Positions 23,465-27,608 of a stretch of DNA of 27,608 nucleotides are shown here, piece after piece. The position numbers and the translations under genes were made by a program. Position 1 is the stretch's first letter. Each line of letters opens with the position of its first letter. The notes beneath the pieces were generated by a model. That model was not told the DNA's origin. It did no database searches and was given only the letters and a program-made list of their open reading frames with translations. The DNA is from an uncultured Planctomycetia bacterium (lineage in GTDB: Bacteria; Omnitrophota; Gorgyraeia; Duberdicusellales; 4484-171). The stretch spans positions 1-27,608 of the forward strand of contig CAYNSZ010000001.1 of NCBI GenBank assembly GCA_964400075.1, given 5' to 3'.

Positions 23465-24927
23465 AATTCCTGGGCTAGTTCTTTTATAACCCGGCTGTCT
23501 TTAAAAGCCAGGCGCCGATTGCCGATAATCTGGTAATCTTCATGACCTTTACCTGCCACCAACAGACAACAAGAACGATCCTCTCCCTGCCGACGGCCGC
23601 CATAATATTTACGTAAAAGTTGCATTGCCCGGCGAAGAGCGCTCCTGCGGTCTTCGACGATACCAAAATTCCTGCGGGAAAAACCACGGGCAATCTGGCG
23701 GCAGATATCCCCGGGGTTTTCGCTCCGGGGATTATCGCTGGTAATAATCGTGTTATCGGCGAGCCTGCTGGCAATGCTACCCATGGCAGGGCGTTTGCCT
23801 TTATCCCGGTCCCCGCCGCAGCCAAACACACAGATGGCACGCTTATAGCCGATACTTTTTAAGGTGCTCAGTGCCTTCGCCAAAGCATCAGGAGTATGAG
23901 CGTAATCGACAAAAATATCTCTGTGAACCTGATTCAGGCGTCCGTCAACCGCGCGTAGCTTGGCAGATAGCGCTACAGCCCGCGCTAACGGCAGAGAAAG
24001 AGAATCGGCAGTGGCAAGCGCCGCGACCGCATTATAGACATTATGCAACCCCAGGAGCGAAACCGAAACCGCGTAGGACCTGCCGCCGGCCTGTAAGCAG
24101 AACCGGGAGCCACGGCCGGTCAAACAAACATTACTGATACGGTAATCCGCCTCAGGGGCGACTCCATAGGAAAGTTTATGCTTGAGCCCCCGGTAAATTT
24201 TTCTCCCATAGCTATCATCGATATTAACGATAGATACCGCCTTCTGATTATCCAAAAAGAACCGCTGCTTTGCTTTAAAATAACTACGCATGGTCTTGTG
24301 ATAATCGAGATGGTCTCTGGTTAAATTGGTGAAAACGCAACGGCTGAAATCTATGCCTTGAATGCGGTTCTGGTCTAAGGCGTGGGATGAGACTTCCATA
24401 ATCATAAACCTGTCACCCTCAGCGCCGGCTTTACTAATGAGTTTCTGCAGGGTCAGAAAGTCCGGGGTGGTGTGGGTGGGGCGCAAACACGAAGAACCGA
24501 TGCGCCACTGCACCGTACCCAGAAGTGAAACAGGCTTAGCCATAGCCATAAACAGCTGGTAGAGACAAAAGGCGGTGGTAGTTTTACCATTGGTGCCGGT
24601 TATACCGATGACTTTTAAGGTGTGGCTGCGCGGGTAAAAAGTTCCGGTTGTCTGGATAAATCGCTCCCTGAGGTTTCGAGTGATGATGAGCGGTTTTGTC
24701 CTGATAATCTGGCCGGCCTGTGCTGCATCCTGTTCATCCACGACAAAGGCGCATGCGAACCGTTCAACTGCTCCCAAAACCGAAAATATATCAAAGGTTT
24801 TCCCGGGCATGATAAAAAAAAGGTCTCCGGAGCGTACCTCGCGGGAATCGTCGCTGATACCGCGGACGTCGAGCCCCTGGAGATGCTGAGCGAGCATAAT
24901 GCCCGGTAGGAGTTTGGCAAGCTTCAT
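23455..24927 (-). CDS. murE: UDP-N-acetylmuramoyl-dipeptide--meso-diaminopimelate ligase
   Basis: DDSREV, GITGTNGKTT, HTTPD, MEVSSHALDQ.R, TNLTRDHLDYH, VDYAHTPDAL, FGCGGDRDKGKR, TSDNPRSE (DNPR indicates meso-DAP specificity), AGKGHEDYQ. Confidence 0.97.
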   Translation of the reverse strand: MKLAKLLPGIMLAQHLQGLDVRGISDDSREVRSGDLFFIMPGKTFDIFSVLGAVERFACAFVVDEQDAAQAGQIIRTKPLIITRNLRERFIQTTGTFYPRSHTLKVIGITGTNGKTTTAFCLYQLFMAMAKPVSLLGTVQWRIGSSCLRPTHTTPDFLTLQKLISKAGAEGDRFMIMEVSSHALDQNRIQGIDFSRCVFTNLTRDHLDYHKTMRSYFKAKQRFFLDNQKAVSIVNIDDSYGRKIYRGLKHKLSYGVAPEADYRISNVCLTGRGSRFCLQAGGRSYAVSVSLLGLHNVYNAVAALATADSLSLPLARAVALSAKLRAVDGRLNQVHRDIFVDYAHTPDALAKALSTLKSIGYKRAICVFGCGGDRDKGKRPAMGSIASRLADNTIITSDNPRSENPGDICRQIARGFSRRNFGIVEDRRSALRRAMQLLRKYYGGRRQGEDRSCCLLVAGKGHEDYQIIGNRRLAFKDSRVIKELAQELWK

Positions 24928-26612
24928 TGTCTAACCAGTTCCTTCTGGGAGGCCAAATACGGTATTGTCTTCTCGGCAATCGCCCGAAACAGCGGAGCCG
25001 CGACTACTCCGCCAAAATGTGATTTACGGGGTTCATCGATAGTAATACCAATGACCAGCGGCGGCTGGTAATCCGCGGTAAAGCCGACAAAGGTGGCGCG
25101 GTAGCGGTTCGGGGAGTACCTACCGAGCTGCGGGTCAAACTTCTGGGCGGTACCGGTCTTGCCGCCGACCGCCACCCCCTCCACGGCAGCACCCCTGCCG
25201 GTGCCTTCCGCGACGGCCTGGACCAGGATTCGCTTGACCCGCTCAGTCACCGCGGTTGAAAAAATCCGTTTTCGCTCAGGCTGGGTCTGCCGGCAGTAGT
25301 TACGTGAACAGATATCTTTTATGACATAAGGACGAACCAGGTAACCGTCATTGGCAATGCAAGCAAATGTGCGCACCAGCTGCAGAAGGTTCACTCCGAT
25401 TTCCTGACCAATGGGGACAATATAGGGTGAGGTTTTTGACCATTGCTTAAGCGGCTTAACGCTTCCGGAGACCTCTGCCGGTAAATCGATGCCGGTCTTT
25501 TTTCCGAGCTCAAGTCTTTCAATAAAGGAAAAATAAGCCTTAGCTCCCAGCTTCGCGACGATTTTGGAAACGCCGATATTGCTCGACTTCATGAAAACTT
25601 CCTTGAAGCTGAGCGAGCCGTACGGCTTCCAGTCGTGCAAGGTGCTTCCGGGGATCTTATATTTCCCGTTTTCACAAAAAATAGTGTCTGTATCAGCATA
25701 GGTACCTTCGTGAACCGCCGCTAAAAGCGCTACCACTTTAAACACTGAACCTGGTTCGAACATATCGGTAACGGCACGGTTGCGCACTGTCTCAGCGGTT
25801 ACTGTCTCCATCTGATTCGGGTTGAATCCGGGATAATTCGCTAAGGCAAGGATTTCCCCGCTTGAGGCATCCATTACTACCACGCTACCGGCAGAAGCAT
25901 CCCAGGTTTTGATTGTATCTTTAAGATACGTTTCCGACCAGTACTGGATCTGGGAATCGATGGTGAGCACGACATCCGCGCCTTTCTGGGGGGTCAGGAT
26001 CTGATGAAAAAGCAGTATGTCGCGGGAGGAAGAGTCTTGCAAAATCCTTACCAGGCCGTCTTTACCCCTCAGGAAGTCATTGTAAGACAGCTCAATGCCT
26101 TCAAGTCCCATGTTGTCGATACCCACCATGCCCATCGCAGAAGCCGCAAGCTCCTCCTCCGGGTATATACGCTTCTCTTCTCTAAAAAAATCTATTCCGG
26201 GGAGATCCAAGCTTTTTATCCGCTCCCGTTCTTCCCAGGAAATCTTTCTCTTTACCCAGACAAAACGCTTTTTTCGGTTAAACCGCTCAAGCAGCACTTT
26301 TTCGGAAACGCCCAGCTGAGAAGCCAAAAGCTTCGCAGTCTCCTTCTTATCCCTGACATGCAAGGGGTCGGCAAAGACTGAAAAACAGGACATGCCCGTC
26401 GCCAGGGTCCTACCGCGACGGTCAATAATAGCGCCCCGGCCGCCTTCGATAGGAAGAAGCCGGTAGTATTGCTTCTGGGCAAGATGCTCAAAAAACGTCC
26501 TGCGAAAGGCCTGAAGATATACGATTTTAGCGGTTACCAGGAGAAAAAGAGAGAGGAACAGCAAATAGACAAGACGTGTGCGGTGGCGATATTTGGTATG
26601 CACTTTTGGCAA
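24924..26612 (-). CDS. ftsI: Class B penicillin-binding protein FtsI/PBP3
   Basis: N-terminal TM, RGAIIDRRG, GLEGIE..YN, LTIDSQIQ, EPGSVFK (SxxK), KSSNIG (SxN), GKTGTAQK (KTG); no PASTA domain; TTG start. Confidence 0.95.
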   Translation of the reverse strand: MPKVHTKYRHRTRLVYLLFLSLFLLVTAKIVYLQAFRRTFFEHLAQKQYYRLLPIEGGRGAIIDRRGRTLATGMSCFSVFADPLHVRDKKETAKLLASQLGVSEKVLLERFNRKKRFVWVKRKISWEERERIKSLDLPGIDFFREEKRIYPEEELAASAMGMVGIDNMGLEGIELSYNDFLRGKDGLVRILQDSSSRDILLFHQILTPQKGADVVLTIDSQIQYWSETYLKDTIKTWDASAGSVVVMDASSGEILALANYPGFNPNQMETVTAETVRNRAVTDMFEPGSVFKVVALLAAVHEGTYADTDTIFCENGKYKIPGSTLHDWKPYGSLSFKEVFMKSSNIGVSKIVAKLGAKAYFSFIERLELGKKTGIDLPAEVSGSVKPLKQWSKTSPYIVPIGQEIGVNLLQLVRTFACIANDGYLVRPYVIKDICSRNYCRQTQPERKRIFSTAVTERVKRILVQAVAEGTGRGAAVEGVAVGGKTGTAQKFDPQLGRYSPNRYRATFVGFTADYQPPLVIGITIDEPRKSHFGGVVAAPLFRAIAEKTIPYLASQKELVRQ

Positions 26613-26641
26613 CAGATTTTAAGTTACGCGGGTACGTATCT

Positions 26642-26694
26642 GGCAGGGACGGCGCCGGATGAGCGCTGAATCGCTATCGGTACGGTCCCTTGCC
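26642..26694. repeat. Extended imperfect hairpin in the ftsL-ftsI gap
   Basis: Minus-strand RNA GGCA-A-GGGAC...CCG-AU-AGCG-[AUUCAG]-CGCU-C-AU-C-CGG...GUCCC-UGCC. Contains TATCGGTACGG, close to TATCGGCTACGG at 18337. Confidence 0.6.
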
Positions 26695-26707
26695 GAGTTG
26701 GAAGCAC

Positions 26708-27070
26708 TTATTGTTTTTCGCCGGCCAGCGCCGTTGCGGAAGAAGTTGAAGCCCCCAGGAAACGGTTAAGCAATGCGGCGAACCGGTTGCTTGCGGCCGG
26801 CTGTTCCTTAGTGATGCGCACAGCCAAAACCATGTCGGGCGTCACCACCTGGTAATTCTGGTTCTGCGCCCACTGGTTGATTTTCTCAAGGGTCAGATGT
26901 TTGTTAAGATTATACAATAAGTAGTCCCTTTTCGCAACAAGTTCATTGTAGCGGGTGTAGTTAGTGCTTAACCGGTACGCTTCAACGAATATCTGAATTT
27001 TCTGGTGGAGATAGCAGAGGCTTGCGGAAAAAATCAGAACCAGCAGTAGCAACGGGGTTATTTTTTTCAT
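26708..27070 (-). CDS. ftsL: FtsL-like cell division protein
   Basis: 120 aa with an N-terminal TM and a following coiled-coil-like segment (YRLSTNYTRYNELVAKRDYLLYNL), in the canonical position between rsmH and ftsI. Assigned mainly by synteny. Confidence 0.65.
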   Translation of the reverse strand: MKKITPLLLLVLIFSASLCYLHQKIQIFVEAYRLSTNYTRYNELVAKRDYLLYNLNKHLTLEKINQWAQNQNYQVVTPDMVLAVRITKEQPAASNRFAALLNRFLGASTSSATALAGEKQ

Positions 27071-27071
27071 C

Positions 27072-27608
27072 TCACTTTACTTTCTCAGCGATACGCACCT
27101 TTGCTGAACGGGAGGCCGGGTTCTCCCTCACCTCATCTTCATTGGGAACCAGAGGCTTTTTGGTGATAAGCTTCAGGGAATTCCTGCAGGCGTGGGCGCG
27201 AAAGCAAAACTTTACAATCCGGTCTTCCAGGGAATGGAACGATATAACCGCAATACGCCCTCCCGGAGCAAGCAGCTTCAGGGCTTTCTCAAGGCCTGAC
27301 TCAAGCGCCGCCAGTTCCCGGTTGACCGCGATGCGCAGCGCCTGAAAAGCGCGGGTCGCGGGATGAATGGCGTAGGGACGGTATTTATGACCGACCACGC
27401 CGGCGATAACCTCGGCAAGCTGGCTGGTGGTGGCGATAAGTTCGTTTCTTCTGGTCTCAACCAGCCGGTGCGCTATCCGGCGATAGTAGCGTTCCTCGCC
27501 GAATTTTTTGAAAATCGTGGCCAGCTCCTCTTCGCTCAAATTATTTACCAGATCGTATGCTGAGACACAAGCATTCTTATCCAACTCTCCGGCGTGGCGC
27601 CGGACGCC
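27072..27608 (-). CDS. rsmH: 16S rRNA m4C1402 methyltransferase RsmH (MraW); 5'-truncated by the window edge
   Basis: SAYDLVNNLSEEELATIFKKFGEER, IHPATRAFQALRIAVNREL, GGRIAVISFHSLEDRIVK, NPASRSAKVR. The frame stays open to 27608, so the track's TTG start is not the real start. Confidence 0.95.
   Translation of the reverse strand, partial: GVRRHAGELDKNACVSAYDLVNNLSEEELATIFKKFGEERYYRRIAHRLVETRRNELIATTSQLAEVIAGVVGHKYRPYAIHPATRAFQALRIAVNRELAALESGLEKALKLLAPGGRIAVISFHSLEDRIVKFCFRAHACRNSLKLITKKPLVPNEDEVRENPASRSAKVRIAEKVK

Noticed and set aside
245-27563. All plus-strand and alternative-frame ORFs in the track (e.g. 16761-17285, 15258-15749, 21620-22018, 8385-8801)
   Set aside because: Each lies antisense or out of frame within a well-supported gene and has no family motif; such shadow ORFs are expected at this GC content.

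Overview
A gene-dense window of roughly 50% GC. Every credible gene is on the minus strand, so it reads from high to low coordinates. (1) A division/cell-wall (dcw) cluster: rsmH (5'-truncated), ftsL-like, ftsI, murE, murF, mraY, murD, ftsW, murG, a secreted HExxH metallopeptidase, murC, murB, ddl, ftsQ, ftsA-like. The FtsA-like protein has lost its recognisable ATP-binding motifs but keeps a C-terminal amphipathic tail. ftsZ does not follow it. That position holds a 649-aa helical/HEAT-like protein and an HD-GYP phosphohydrolase, which share an uncharacterised N-terminal domain. (2) A glycolipid/envelope block (GT28 MGDG-synthase-like, LpxL/PatA-like acyltransferase, GT2), then pcm and a small multidrug-export-family membrane protein. 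(3) A redox block: nfnA-nfnB, then a perfect sigma70 promoter, a terminator-like hairpin, and NuoE-like and NuoF-like (HydC/HydB-type) genes running off the left edge. Almost every longer intergenic gap holds a long imperfect hairpin built from short tandem units (ACGAAT ~10-mers, AATTCCA heptamers, CGGTAACG units). Repeat or palindromic DNA also sits in frame within coding sequence (murD, nfnA, probably rsmH, and the C-termini of nfnA, ftsW and the acyltransferase). Gene content suggests an anaerobic diderm, possibly Omnitrophota/PVC; this is inference only. No rRNA, tRNA, CRISPR array or transposase was seen.
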